Notes under the pieces: model-generated
Databases searched by the model: none
What the model was told of the DNA's origin: nothing
What the model saw: only the letters and a program-made list of their open reading frames with translations
Position numbers and translations under genes: made by a program
Part shown: one piece after another, positions 13,098 to 25,494 of the stretch
Numbering within the stretch: the stretch's first letter is position 1
Layout of the letters: the number at the start of each line of letters is the position of its first letter
DNA from: Tubiluchus corallicola
Lineage: Eukaryota > Animalia > Priapulida
DNA length: 58,933 nucleotides
Assembly (NCBI GenBank): GCA_030141605.1
Contig: JAQGDQ010001157.1
Span: forward strand, 1 to 58,933
Direction of reading: 5' to 3'

Positions 13098-13688
13098 TAT
13101 GTGACATGTGACAAAAATTATGCGTTATGCAGCAAAATAATGCAAAGATGGATGATACCAGTCCTAACCACAGACCACGACCAACAGTGCATTAGTTTAT
13201 TACATAATGCACCGTTCTTTAGATGCCGCTGCTGGTTTAGTGTTTTATATTAGACGATAAACGTAATGCTTACATTCCAGTCCCGCCACAATCATATGTA
13301 ATAAACAGTTCCTGCTGTTGAGTGCTGGAACCTAGTTTAAAAAGTGCTAAGCTGCATAAAAAACCACCGTGATGACATTCGAAGTAAAAATAATGCCTGA
13401 TAATAAAAAATTAATAATGGCCCAGATTATATCATTTAATGAAATTTGAGGTCTCTACTATTACTACACTGTTAGAACAGTATTAGCCATTACAGCAAAG
13501 TCCAACAAAGTACTTTGTTATTAGTAACAACTGCTTTACTTGAATCACAGATGTAATTGTACTTTCTAAGATGTACATAAATATTGATTTTTATAATATG
13601 AAAAAATTCTAATAACAACATTTAGAAACAATTAATCACAAGATCTATGATAACACAAAATTTTGCTAAATGCTATTCTCTACATTTA

Positions 13689-13860
13689 TAACTTACAGCA
13701 CCATCCTTAATTAAGCATAAAACATACATTTGTAACTTACAGCACCAGCCTTAGTTAAGCATAAAACATACATTTGTAACTTACAGCACCAGCCTTAGTT
13801 AAGCATAAAACATACATTTGTAACTTACAGCACCATCCTTAGTTAAGCATAAAACATACA
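13689..13860. repeat. 44-bp tandem repeat, about 4 units
   Basis: TAACTTACAGCACCAGCCTTAGTTAAGCATAAAACATACATTTG repeated. Confidence 0.95.
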
Positions 13861-14169
13861 GTACAGCAAAAATACAAGAGATGAAATACATCATCAGTAA
13901 CACTGCTTTAAAACACCTGATACGTGATAGAGAAGCATTACCCAAGATTTGCTGAATCAATTACTATACTGAGAAAGGTTTATGTTTACTGCACATCTTA
14001 ATGTTAATTTTTCTGCACCAAAAATCTGGTGCAAATCATATACACCCCCATGAAGGCGATACTAAATAAAACATTTTTGCACCATCTCTCTAGGAAATAA
14101 CATTTACATGATTGATATACATGACGTACAGATAGGAAGAAATACAAACTACTAAACAGTTGACAAAAA

Positions 14170-15162
14170 TTAAGCAAACTTGTCAAAAAGGGACAATTAC
14201 AACTCTCACTGTAGCAAATAAGACTTAAGCAAGCTTGTCAAAAAGAGACAATTACAACTCTCACTGCAACAAATAAGACTTAAGCAAACTTGTCAAAAAG
14301 GGACAATTACAACTCTCACTGTAGCAAATAAGACTTAAGCAAGCTTGTCAAAAAGGGACAATTACAACTCTCACTGTAGCGAATAAGACTTAAGCAAACT
14401 TGTCAAAAAGGGACAATTACAACTCTCACTGTAGCAAATAAGACTTAAGCAAGCTTGTCAAAAGGGATAATTACAACTCCCACAGTAGAAAATAAGACTT
14501 AAGCAAGCTTGGCAAAAGGGGGCAATTACAACTCTCACTGTAGCAAATAAGACTTAAGCAAGCTTGTCAAAAAGGGATAATTACAACTCTCACAATAGCA
14601 AATAAGACTTAAGCAAGCTTGTCAAAAAGGGATAATTACAACTCTCACTGTAGCAAATAAGACTTAAGCAAGCTTGTCAAAAAGGGATAATTACAACTCT
14701 CACAGTAGCAAATAAGACTTAAGCAAGCTTGTCAAAAAGGGACAATTACAACTCTCACTGTAGCAAATAAGACTTAAGCAAGCTTGTCAAAAAGGGATAA
14801 TTACAACTCTCACTGTAGCAAATAAGACTTAAGCAAGCTTGTCAAAAAGGGATAATTACAACTCTCACTGTAGCAAATAAGACTTAAGCAAGCTTGTCAA
14901 AAAGGGACAATTACAACTCTCACAGTAGCAAATAAGACTTAAGCAAGCTTGTCAAAAAGGGACAATTACAACTCTCACAGTAGCAAATAAGACTTAAGCA
15001 AACTTGTCAAAAAAGGAACAATTACAACTCTCACTGCAGCAAATAAGACTTAAGCAAACTTGTCAGAAAGAGACAAATACAACTCTCACTGTAACAAATA
15101 AGACTTAAGCAAACTTGTCAAAAAGAGACAAATACAACTCTCACTGTAACAAAGAAGACTTA
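14170..15162. repeat. 55-bp minisatellite, about 18 units
   Basis: AAGCAAGCTTGTCAAAAAGGGACAATTACAACTCTCACTGTAGCAAATAAGACTT repeated head to tail with no variable spacers. Confidence 0.97.
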
Positions 15163-15964
15163 TGAAAGACGTTGGATTTTTCTCACTATTTCACCTTAGG
15201 TACTAGGCCACACGTAATTACGATAATCACACCTTTGGCATGTTTCTCAAAAATCTGACATTTAAGCCACTTTCATGCAGCTGTTACCCAATGAATAAAT
15301 TCAGCTCAACACTTGTCTTATAGATTATGTAGTTTTCACCTATTCTCAAAGGCAGACAGTAACACGATTACTCAGACAGAGATACTGTGCATTAAATAGT
15401 ACTACTTTACATCTCAAGTTTACAATTACCTGATCAACTTACTTCAAACTCAGGTTATAATTACATTTTTAAAATTATACGCTTTTAAACAGTGTAAGTA
15501 TACACTGCTTCACGCTTTTAAACACTGGTCTGCTCCACATCTTTATCACAAAGTGGAACAAAAAAATCTTTGATGTACAATTTAACAACACTTGTCTTAC
15601 ATAAATGCTAAGCAAATAATTTTACACTATACATGATCATTCAAAAATTTAAATACAAATAAAGTGACACAATTTTTACAGTTAAGCAAGTCATTTTGTC
15701 TCTAAACGAACAAAGACACACATCATCACTTCTTAATGCAATCTGACTCATACATTCGAAAATCCAGATACAACAAAACTCTAAGTACTAAGATATGCTG
15801 AGAGTTTTTCTAACTTGTGACGGAAATCAGCTAGTACAGCTTGTTTCAGAATATCGAAACCAAAGATTTTGTATATTGTTCTTCGAAAAAACACAAGTTT
15901 CAACTAATCTATGTGCAATTATGGAGGTATGTGCACATTTGCACGTTACTAGAAACCTTTTATA

Positions 15965-16438
15965 CCAGCACCCATGCTGGTGCACGTACTAACACTCATG
16001 CTGTGCACATACTAGCACCTATGCTGGTGCACGTACTAACACTCATGCTGTGCACATACTAGCACCCATGCTGGTGCACATACTAGCACCCATGCTGGTG
16101 CACATACTAGCACCCATGCTGGTGCACGTACTAACACTCATGCTGTGCACATACTAGCACCCATGCTGGTGCACGTACTAACACTCATGCTGTGCACATA
16201 CTAGCACCTATGCTGGTGCACATACTAGCACCAATGCTGGTGCACATTCCAGCACCCATGCTAGTGCACATTCTAGCACTCATGCTAGTGCACATACTAG
16301 CACCTATGCTGGTGCACATACTAGCACCAATGCTGGTGCACATACTAGCACCCATGCTAGTGCACATTCTAGCACCCATGCTAGTGCACATACTAGCACC
16401 CATGCTAGTGCACATACTAGCACCCATGCTAGTGCACA
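15965..16438. repeat. 24-bp quasi-palindromic minisatellite (CTAGCACCCATGCTGGTGCACATA), about 20 units
   Basis: Directly visible; each unit contains GCACC...GGTGC. Confidence 0.95.
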
Positions 16439-16530
16439 GACAGATAAACAGCGTTTCCTCAGATAAACTATGCTCAACAGATACAATAAACTGATTAGAA
16501 TTCAAGAACTGATCAGCTGGTTAACATTCA

Positions 16531-16544
16531 CCACCAGGTGGCAC
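16531..16544 (+). promoter_or_regulatory. Candidate CTCF site CCACCAGGTGGCAC
   Basis: Matches the bilaterian CTCF consensus CCASYAGRKGGCRS; motif match only. Confidence 0.3.
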
Positions 16545-16835
16545 TCACCAGCTGATAAAGGAACATTAAAAGGGAAAAAAATGGAAACGCTCATTATCAG
16601 GTGAGCAAAAAATATATAAGTTCAAAAATTAATGATGTATGCAATTAATAAAACCAAATTAATGACTTTCATTGACTACATCATGATTTTGTTCCTGCGA
16701 ATAAAAAACTCCTCTAAATTTATTCAGTGGCATAGCTAGAGCTTGTGGCGCCCAAGGGGGCATTTGACATTGACCCCTTCTGTGGAAATTTCACAATTCC
16801 GGCATTTTTTAAACATGGTCGTACTAAATCAGTGA

Positions 16836-19800
16836 CTAACAGGAGCGCTCCATAATCAGCTTTGGCTCCCAGGTGGCCCACGATCGTACAGCGGACACGG
16901 TGAAGTCTTTGATGGAAAGTTCTGGTGGGATGGGGTCCGCAGAGCAGATGCTCAGTTGTGCAGCTTTAAGCCCGGCCTTCACGGCTTCGTCGATACTTCT
17001 CTCCTCTAACATTGCCATGATTGTAGCTGATGCCATGCTATATAAGGTAAAATACAATTAGATGAGTGTAAATGATCTGAAAGAACACCAAATTGCCATG
17101 ATTGTAGCAGGTGCCATGCTATATAAGGTAAAATACAATTAGATGAATGTAAATGATCTCGAAAGAACACCAAATTGCCATGATTGTAGCAGGTGCCATG
17201 CTATATAAGGTAAAATACAATTAGATGAACGTAAATGTCTCGAAAGAACACCAAATTGCCATGATTGTAGCAGGTGCCATGCTATATAAGGTAAAATACA
17301 ATTAGATGAACGTAAATGATCTCGAAAGAACACCAAATTGCCATGATTGTAGCAGGTGCCATGCTATATAAGGTAAAATACAATTAGATGAACGTAAATG
17401 TCTCGAAAGAACACCAAATTGCCATGATTGTAGCAGATGCCATGCTATATAAGGTAAAATACAATTAGATGAACGTAAATGTCTCGAAAGAACACCAAAT
17501 TGCCATGATTGTAGCAGATGCCATGCTATATAAGGTAAAATACAATTAGATGAACGTAAATGATCCGAAAGAACACCAAACATCCGATGATCTGAAGTTT
17601 ATGATTAAAGCAAAACCGGACCCAATCTTAAACTGTAAATCAGAACAATCTATTCTTTAAAATATTGAAAGGAAACATACTATTTGTTCAAAAATGACTC
17701 ACGTGAAAGAATTATTACCACACAAACACAATTTCACATTAGTGCCACTAGTTCTTCCCTTTTACATGCATTTTGCTATTTATATGGGCACTAGCGCCAT
17801 TTTGGAATGCATTGCACAAAAAACAGGTGCTGTACCTCTCAGTTCAGATGTGTTAGTTTCTGACGAACTACACACGTTCGACAGCTCATGCGTGAGCTCA
17901 GCGGTTATTCTGAAATTTGCCTTTTTATCTTAAAACTTGACTAGTTTTAGTACAACACACTGAATAATTACCAGTAGCACTGTACTTCAATTTTCGCTTT
18001 CGCAAATACGTGCAACATGCTCGTGGAATATTTTTGCTGTAGAAAATTATGTTAGTTTATGATGTCATCAATAGTTGGGCTCGCCCACCATTAATTAAGA
18101 TTTTAATCTATTATTTAATTATCAGAAACGCTTTTGCAGTATCATTGGTGTTAAAATGTATACTTGTTACTGGATTGGTAAATGGGGTAGTGTATGAAAA
18201 ATCACCCTGTCTTCCTTCAAATGAGTTGTGCTGTTAACAAGAACAAGTACAAATGATGGTAACGCGGCCAATCTAAATCAGTTAAGAATCAAGATCAATT
18301 TCCTTTTACGAGATTTTGGTTCCATGCAATACTATAGAATCACAATACCAATGAATCACTCAAACTGCTTTAGGCTTTGTACAGATGACTGGTCTAAACT
18401 TGGCACTGCGCCAATAAATTTGCTTGAAAAACTGACAATTATGTAAACCACCAGGCAAACCAAACATGCTGAAGTTGAGCATTTACAATTTTACATGGCT
18501 ACAGTAAATAAGAAACTAGAGATACTTGACGTACCAATCTCCGGCCCCAGATACGCTAACGATCTCATCAGGTTCCTGCTCAGGCAAGCAACGCTGATAA
18601 TGATAAAATCTGATCACTTCTTTCTGCTCATCCTAAAACAGAGACATAATGTACTTAAAACAAGCACCTAAACATGTACCTAAAAAAATCTTTTTATCTA
18701 TATTCGGTAAAGGATAGCAGACTAGGTGACTTTATAGTCTTTTCGCTACTTAGTTGTTTTTTTTTTTTGGTGGTGTGTTTTGTTTTTGTTCCTTTCTCTA
18801 GTTCCAGATGTATCTATACATTTTAACCATTCTTCAAAACTTATTAGAGATTCTTTTATTAATCATGTTTTATTGTAACACTATGAAGAGATAAATAAAT
18901 TGAATCGAATTGAATTGAAAAAAAAGCTGTAAATCTACATTCTAAGTAGAACTTGACGTATGATTACGTGGCGTCAATAAAGGTATCAACACGTCGGCTA
19001 AGAAAACGACCAACTTTGATGTAAAATAATAATTTACACTTTTTATTTGCTTACTCACGCTTGTCGTTGAATCGACAGTTGATATCGATATATGAAATGT
19101 TATAATTTCACCAATAATTAGACAAACGGTGAAAAAATCGTACCGTGCGCACTCGCCTCTTGATCACCACAAAAAGAAGGGCGGGAAAAGTGGGCGGATG
19201 TAAACTTAAAAGAAGTTGAAACGCCAAAGTAATAAATTCAAACATCCACGACGAGCACGTATGGTATAGAAAACTCAGCCATAGATGTTAGAAAAGGACA
19301 AAAGAAATATTTCAACACTAATGGCTTCGCTCACAGTTACAATAAGTCAGTCTTCCTTTCTTACTGTTGGCACCAGCTTTCTGTCACTTGTTCCGTTACA
19401 CTTATGTGTGTGCAGCCTGCCACAAACCAAAATTGCGTGAAACAAAATCACTCAAACTCTGCCGGAAAATCTAGTTGACAGTTCGAAATGTGTGTCAAAG
19501 TCTCTTGTTCTGAACTGCAACCGTAGCTTAATGCAGACATAGACATGGAACATTTATTTTCTCAAATTAGTTTAACATCAAAAGTTTTTTAAATATTAAG
19601 TAATTATAATCATGGAGCAGGGCAGGGAAGGACCATAGGGTCATCTAGTCTCCTGCCCTTTCTTATAAATAGGTTAATATATTAAAAATTAACGGTGATG
19701 CTGCAGATAACAAAAACATACGATACAGACAGACTTGTACACAATACAAAATGAAGTGTTTGACCTTACTTGCAGTGGTGTTAGCGGAAAGGCATTGTTC

Positions 19801-22800
19801 AAGTCGCCTCGCGTGATTATCAGGACGCCATGTTTGTCCAAAGTTAGGAACACTGTGTGGATATGTCGCATCAGTGGCTCACATACAATGCTACATTCAT
19901 CTGCAATTTCTTCTATGGTCACTATGAAAAGTAAAATTAAAATTCATCATTGCAGCTTCACCTCTTAATAAAAGCATAATGTTCACTGAATACTACGGCC
20001 AAATCACGTTGAAAACACAGGTTCTCGCCTGATCACCGAAGTTAAGCAACGTAGAGCCTGGTTAGTGCTTGGATGGGTGACCGCCTAGGAATACCAGGTG
20101 CTGTAGGCTAGCGGGATGCCCACACTGTATCTCGACACTAGGCGGAGGAGCTGCACAAGCAGCCAACGACTAGAGGGCGGAGGAGGTCAAGTGACTCAAC
20201 GGCCATGTGTAGAGGAGTAAACCTTCCAAATCAGGAGTGGAGCCCCGAAAGCGGACCAGTGCAGCATGTTCACTGACTCCGCCAGCTCCTGCAGCCAACC
20301 TGGTGCCAAACGTATCGCTCCGCTTTCCTTTCGACTACACCAGGGAGGAAGAGAGGGGGTTCCTGTTGTCTGGGCAACTCAAGCTCTCCATACACTAGTG
20401 GTTCCCAAAGTACGGGTAAATTACCCCCCGGGGGTAATATGGTTTTTTGGGGGGTAACGGGCACCCCTCTGAAAATTTTTAAAACTTCGCTCGGAATGCA
20501 TTTTACGTAGTTTTCTTCTTGAAGAGACTGTCTCCGGCAGGCAACACTGTGTCATGGCGTCCATCATTCGCACGTTCCCACGATCTCTGGTGCGATCCTG
20601 GGGAGAAGTCAAAGTTCACGATTGTTTCTTTGGTTTCTTCTCTATCGACATTTCTGCACAGCCTTTAGAGTTTAGAGAAAGCTAGGCCCCTTTTACTATC
20701 TCTCTATCTTTTTGATACTAAGGAAAAGTAAAATATTACTTGCCTAATTTGATTCTCTCTTATTTCTTTTCCCAGAAAGGTGCTGTGAATGTGTGAACAA
20801 GGTTTTTCATCCATAATGAACATGAAAACAAAGAAAAGAAATAGGTTGGACGTGAAAAGCGATGCACGCGTTGCTTTGAGCCTGACAAAACCCAGGATTG
20901 AGAAACTGGCGTCCGAAAAACAGGCTCATCCGTCCCACTAACTGAGATTTTGTTGTTGTCATTCATTTGTTCTTGTTTTCGTTCGTTCGAGTAATAATTA
21001 CTTGAACGAACCTGCTCACTCAGTAATGAGCAGGTTCAGTAATTGTAATTCTTGTTTTGGCAACAATACAACAACAACACCTGGAAATTTATTTATGTCA
21101 CGAGCAAACATAAATAATTTTGCTTGCTTGTGGCATATATATGTGCTTACTTTTTGAGTTGGAGAAGTAGTACTAGGTGGGGAGTAATGGACACGACCAG
21201 ATTTCCCCATTTGGGTAACGGTCCGAGAAAGTTTGGGAACCACTGCCATACACCTTGCCCAGGCGTGCGCCGTGGAGAGGCCATTCCAGTGGCTCAAGGA
21301 TCGCACTGCTCAGCCACATTCGACGCTGCAGCTCCATCAATGTGATCAATAACTGACTCTCTTGGCGCACACTCCATTGTCTTCCGAGACAGAAGGATGC
21401 CGCCAACAACAAATGTTGACTGTGTAACTTACTGTTTATTCAAAAACACATTGCCAGGTATGAGCTGTACATAGTTTGGTTCTACATATTTAGAATTATT
21501 GACATAAATATCGCTATAGCGCAAAACTGGGTATGATTAGATAATTTTGCACACCAAGAACAATAACAAAACTATAATGCAAATTTTAAGCCAAAAATCC
21601 CAAGTAAGAGAAAAATCCCATGTGAATGCAACATCTGGCTGATGAATGGCTGTGTGAACCGGTTCAATATTTAGCTTCCTCTGCCATGCCGTCTCTGACT
21701 TTTTACCTCACAGAGCAAAAAAGCATCCACCATCAAAAATAGCTAAGACATTTCTGCATCCTATGGCCAATCTTAGAAACATAATAAGTCAGGTTCTGGT
21801 TTACCCCATAGATAGAGCTGAAGGAAAAGTGGGTATAAATAGTACACTAAATGTATCTATAGCTTTAAGCTAAATTTAGAGAAGTATCACTTAGAGAAGT
21901 GCATAGGGAAGCAATAGCAGGTTTAGCACAGCACAAGTTATTTATGGGAAGTAAGAGTAAGCAAATATTTCACATAGTTAAAAGTACTTGTATACTGACA
22001 CAAAACCAATATTTGCTATGCGAGCACATATATGTTTAAAAAATAAATAGTTAAAAGTACTTGTATACTGACACAAAACCAATATTTGCTATGCGAGCAC
22101 ATATATGTTTAAAAAATAAATAGTTAAAAGTACTTGTATACTGACACAAAACCAATATTTGCTATGTGAGCACATATATATATAAAAATAAATAGTTAAA
22201 AGTACTTGTATACTGACACAAAACCAATATTTGCTATGCGAGCACATATATGTTTAAAAAATAAATATATCTACATGGGGACCTTTGGGCTCTGCCTAAG
22301 ATTTCTTCACTCGAACAAGTTCACATTGTTTGATTGACACATCATGTTTTGCATTTGTTTACTGTGAGATTTTTTTTATAAATTTTTTCCATGCTTGTTA
22401 TTAAGAATTATTATTACTATTACTGTTACTATTATTAAGAATTGCTATTACTGTTACTGTTATTAAGAATTATTATTACTGTTACTGTTATTAAGAATTA
22501 CTATTACTGTTACTGTTATTAAGAATTATTATTACTATTACTGTTATTAAGAATTACTATTACTGTTACTGTTATTAAGAATTATTATTACTATTACTGT
22601 TACTGTTATTAAGAATTACTATTACTGTTACTGTTATTAAGAATTATTATTACTGTTACTGTTATTAAGAATTACTATTACTGTTACTGTTATTAAGAAT
22701 TATTATTACTGTTACTGTTATTAAGAATTATTATTACTGTTACTGTTATTAAGAATTACTATTACTGTTACTGTTATTAAGAATTATTATTACTGTTACT

Positions 22801-23237
22801 GTTATTAAGAATTATTATTACTGTTACTGTTACTGTTATTAAGAATTACTATTACTGTTACTGTTATTAAGAATTATTATTACTGTTACTGTTACTGTTA
22901 TTAAGAATTATTATTACTATTACTGTTACTGTTATTAAGAATTATTATTACTGTTACTGTTATTAAGAATTATTATTACTGTTACTGTTATTAGGAATTA
23001 TTATTACATTAAAATGACACATGATTTTGCTGAGCTCATAAGAGGCAAGTTATAAATGCAAAACGTATTTACTTGAATCCACAGGTTGCTCGGAAGATGG
23101 TATTCCGAGGCAGTTTCCTATCTGTCTCAACTCCCGTAAGTTTGGCGACGTGTAGGTCAGCATCTTCCATATTTTTGTTTTCTGACTCTTTTCAAACGGT
23201 TTTCGTGCTTTTAGTGTGTCAGCTGGCTCAAACCAAA
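16836..23237 (-). CDS. PfkB/ribokinase-family kinase, C-terminal four exons (probably the pseudouridine kinase part of the animal bifunctional pseudouridine-catabolism protein); 5'-partial
   Basis: Exons 23237-23073 (WFEPADTLKARKPF...LTYTSPNLRELRQI), 19921-19770 (TVFLTLDKHGVLI), 18632-18535 (EIVSVSGAGD), 17037-16836 (CMASATIMAML...GLKAAQLSI...stop). All have GT-AG boundaries with consistent phases (1,0,2); PNxxE, TL-x-x-x-G and GAGD are PfkB motifs. Substrate assignment is inference. Confidence 0.88.
17011..17580 (-). repeat. 81-82-bp tandem repeat, 7 units, each a copy of the last intron-exon junction of the PfkB gene
   Basis: Unit on minus strand: ...CATCTAATTGTATTTTACCTTATATAG|CATGGCATCTGCTACAATCATGGCAAT; AG positions at 17038, 17119, 17201, 17282, 17364, 17445, 17526. 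Confidence 0.95.
18680..18920 (+). mobile_element. LINE-type 3' stub with (ATTGA)n tail; inverted second copy at 46175-46369
   Basis: Shared TATATTCGGTAAAGGATAGCAGACTAGGTGACTTTATAGTCTTTTCGCTA...ATAAATAAATTGAA. Confidence 0.7.
19991..20109 (+). rRNA. 5S rRNA-derived sequence (SINE head, not a functional 5S gene)
   Basis: CTACGGCC...CACGTTGAAAACAC...GATCACCGAAGTTAAGCAACGT...TTGGATGGGTGACCGCCTAGGAATACCAGGTGCTGTAGGCT is clearly animal 5S; several substitutions and no oligo-T terminator afterwards. Confidence 0.85.
20396..21245. mobile_element. hAT (Charlie-like) non-autonomous element, 850 bp, nested in the 5S SINE
   Basis: TIRs TAGTGGTTCCCAAA / TTTGGGAACCACTG; perfect 8-bp TSD CCATACAC (20388-20395, 21246-21253). 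Confidence 0.92.
21974..22266. repeat. 73-bp tandem repeat, 4 units
   Basis: ATAGTTAAAAGTACTTGTATACTGACACAAAACC... at 21974, 22047, 22120, 22192. Confidence 0.95.
22398..23007. repeat. AT-rich 27/33-bp minisatellite (GTTATTAAGAATTATTATTACTGTTACT-like)
   Basis: Directly visible. Confidence 0.95.
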
Positions 23238-24917
23238 CTAAAGCAAAAAAAATAAAGAAAATAAAAAATAATAACCGCAGGATTTAGAAAATAGATCAAA
23301 CCGCGTTTAGATCAGACTATAACACTGGACAAGTTTTCAAACCATAGAGTAATTTGTTTTAAATTATAATTCCTAAGTTAGACTATATGGATTTATAATT
23401 TTAATATATTGCACTACAGGGCTGTGGTGAAATGAAATGTAATGCTGGCAGGGGAATACAGTAGACTTCTCAGGTGTGTATGTGAACGTGGCTTTATCTA
23501 GCACAGACTCGTATTCTGACCTTGTATTAATAAAAGCCACTAGTCACGTGCACACCTGAGCTTATAAAAAGGGAAGGTCTGCTGTAGACCCTTGTCAGTG
23601 GTCGTGTCTTTCGTTGCAGCTCTGTTCACATTTCACAGGCTCTGCCGCAAACTCCGTCCTTTTAAGTCAGCTGTTTGTTCCTTATTGGGGGTGTGATATG
23701 TAGTAATAAATTGTCATTTCGACTCTATTATTCGGGTGGGCCACAGTGCCATCCGTCCTGCCTCCGTTAAAAGCGGACAGCAGTCCAATATATATATATA
23801 TATATACATATATGTATACATATATAGAAATTTTTTGCTAAGTTATATGACATCAGTCAAGAGACCTTACACAATTATTTATTTGTATTGTAATTTGTTG
23901 CTGTACATTTGTATATATTCTTATTACAATAAATTATTATATTCTGCAGTTTTCAAATGGAAATGAACCAATCGACACTTTCAAACTGATACAAAATGTT
24001 GCCAAGAAAGTGCATGTTGTAATGATAAAGCTGTTTACCAGTGCTGCCAATGCATGGGGTTAGCTGCGCCGCAGTGCAAGAAAATATACAGGCACGTATA
24101 AGCAGCTGGTGCCATCTGTAGTAGAAAAAGTAAAATGATTTATCAAGAATAACTGTCACAGGCGTAACCTGGATAGTGTGATATGCAGAAATTCCAAAAA
24201 TTTTGTTAAGTAAGTAAGTAAGCAAGTTTATTGCAAGTAAGTTTATTAGTTTATCGCCATTTTTAAAATAGCAAAATACATAGCTAAGAGATTTATAAAT
24301 CTGTGCAACATACAATAATATTACAAAGTACAAAGTAATTATTGATTAGTGGTGAAAGGTGGCGAAAGAACTATAAGTTATCGAGGTCAGCCACCCTCTC
24401 AGAATTGTTACTAATATAATTAATTAATTAATGTGCATGTATCAGGTAATTAAAATTTATCAGATTTTGCATTTAAGACGAATGCAAACCATAAGCGACA
24501 TTTAAGAGACAAACCACAAGCTTAAAAAGCATGTCAGGTCTTTTTTAGTACAAATTGCTACTGAAAATGTGCAAAACCATGAAAGAACATTTTCAGAGAT
24601 TTAACCACAGTCACAGGTTTAGATTGAAAAGTTCACTGATGTTATCATAAGTCAGTAACAACATTACGTTTCGCCAGTTAAGAAAAACTTACCCAAATAA
24701 TAAAACCAGTTGAAAACCACACAGTGGATAAATATTGACCAAGTCAGAAACAATAATGTAATATCTGGCAGGCTCTGGTACGTAACACAAGAAATTTCTT
24801 TGAGATGAAGAAAATAGGGAAAGAAAAAAGCAGAAAGGAAAGAAGAAGTGAAAGAAAAGCGGAAGTGTGAGTGCTAAGGGAAGCAGAGGGAGAGGGGGGA
24901 AAGACAAAGACATGGCG

Positions 24918-25142
<225 letters not shown>

Positions 25143-25494
25143 CCAACTTCTTTAAGTAAAGGGGTCTTCAGTAAGGTCAAGTTCACACTGCCATAGCAAA
25201 CATTATTTGTGTTTACTTCGTAGCAACAACACCGTGGCGTTAACGATCCTCGCGAGCCTCAGCCACGCCGCAGCGACCGCCTAATATGTAGAACAGCTCT
25301 CTAAGCCTCGTTTTACCTGCCGTTTTAGCTCTCGCCTGGTGAAGAGGAGAGGAGTCGGGCAGTAGCGAAGAAAGCTGCTGGCGGCATGGCGAGAATTCTA
25401 CAATACTAGTGGACTACAGCAGCAGTTTATGAACAATGAGCAGCGACGCATAGACGACCAAGTACCTCAAGAACCTTTAGCAAGCTGATGCAGT

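Larger units (their letters stand above)
19989..21411 (+). mobile_element. 5S-headed SINE (SINE3-type) with RTE-like body and tail, about 565 bp after removing the nested hAT element
   Basis: 11-bp TSD AATGTTCACTG (19978-19988) / AATGTTGACTG (21412-21422); 5S head; tail CTCCATTGTCTTCCGAGACAGAAGGATGCC plus (CAA)n resembles RTE 3' ends (recalled, not searched). Confidence 0.8.

Noticed and set aside
14170-15162. CRISPR-like regular array (also 44115-45077 and 2596-2970)
   Set aside because: Units are contiguous with no unique spacers, there are no cas genes, and the context is eukaryotic.
19991-20109. Functional 5S rRNA gene
   Set aside because: Single copy, substitutions, no T-run terminator, and it continues into a SINE body bounded by a TSD.
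23073-23170. ATG at 23170 (MEDADLHVAK...) as the start of the minus-strand gene
   Set aside because: Wrong frame; the frame reading WFEP...SPNLREL matches PfkB and splices in phase to the next exon.
24689-24800. Minus-strand GTAAGT donor as the missing upstream PfkB exon
   Set aside because: The phase-compatible translation has no PfkB resemblance and there is no convincing acceptor.
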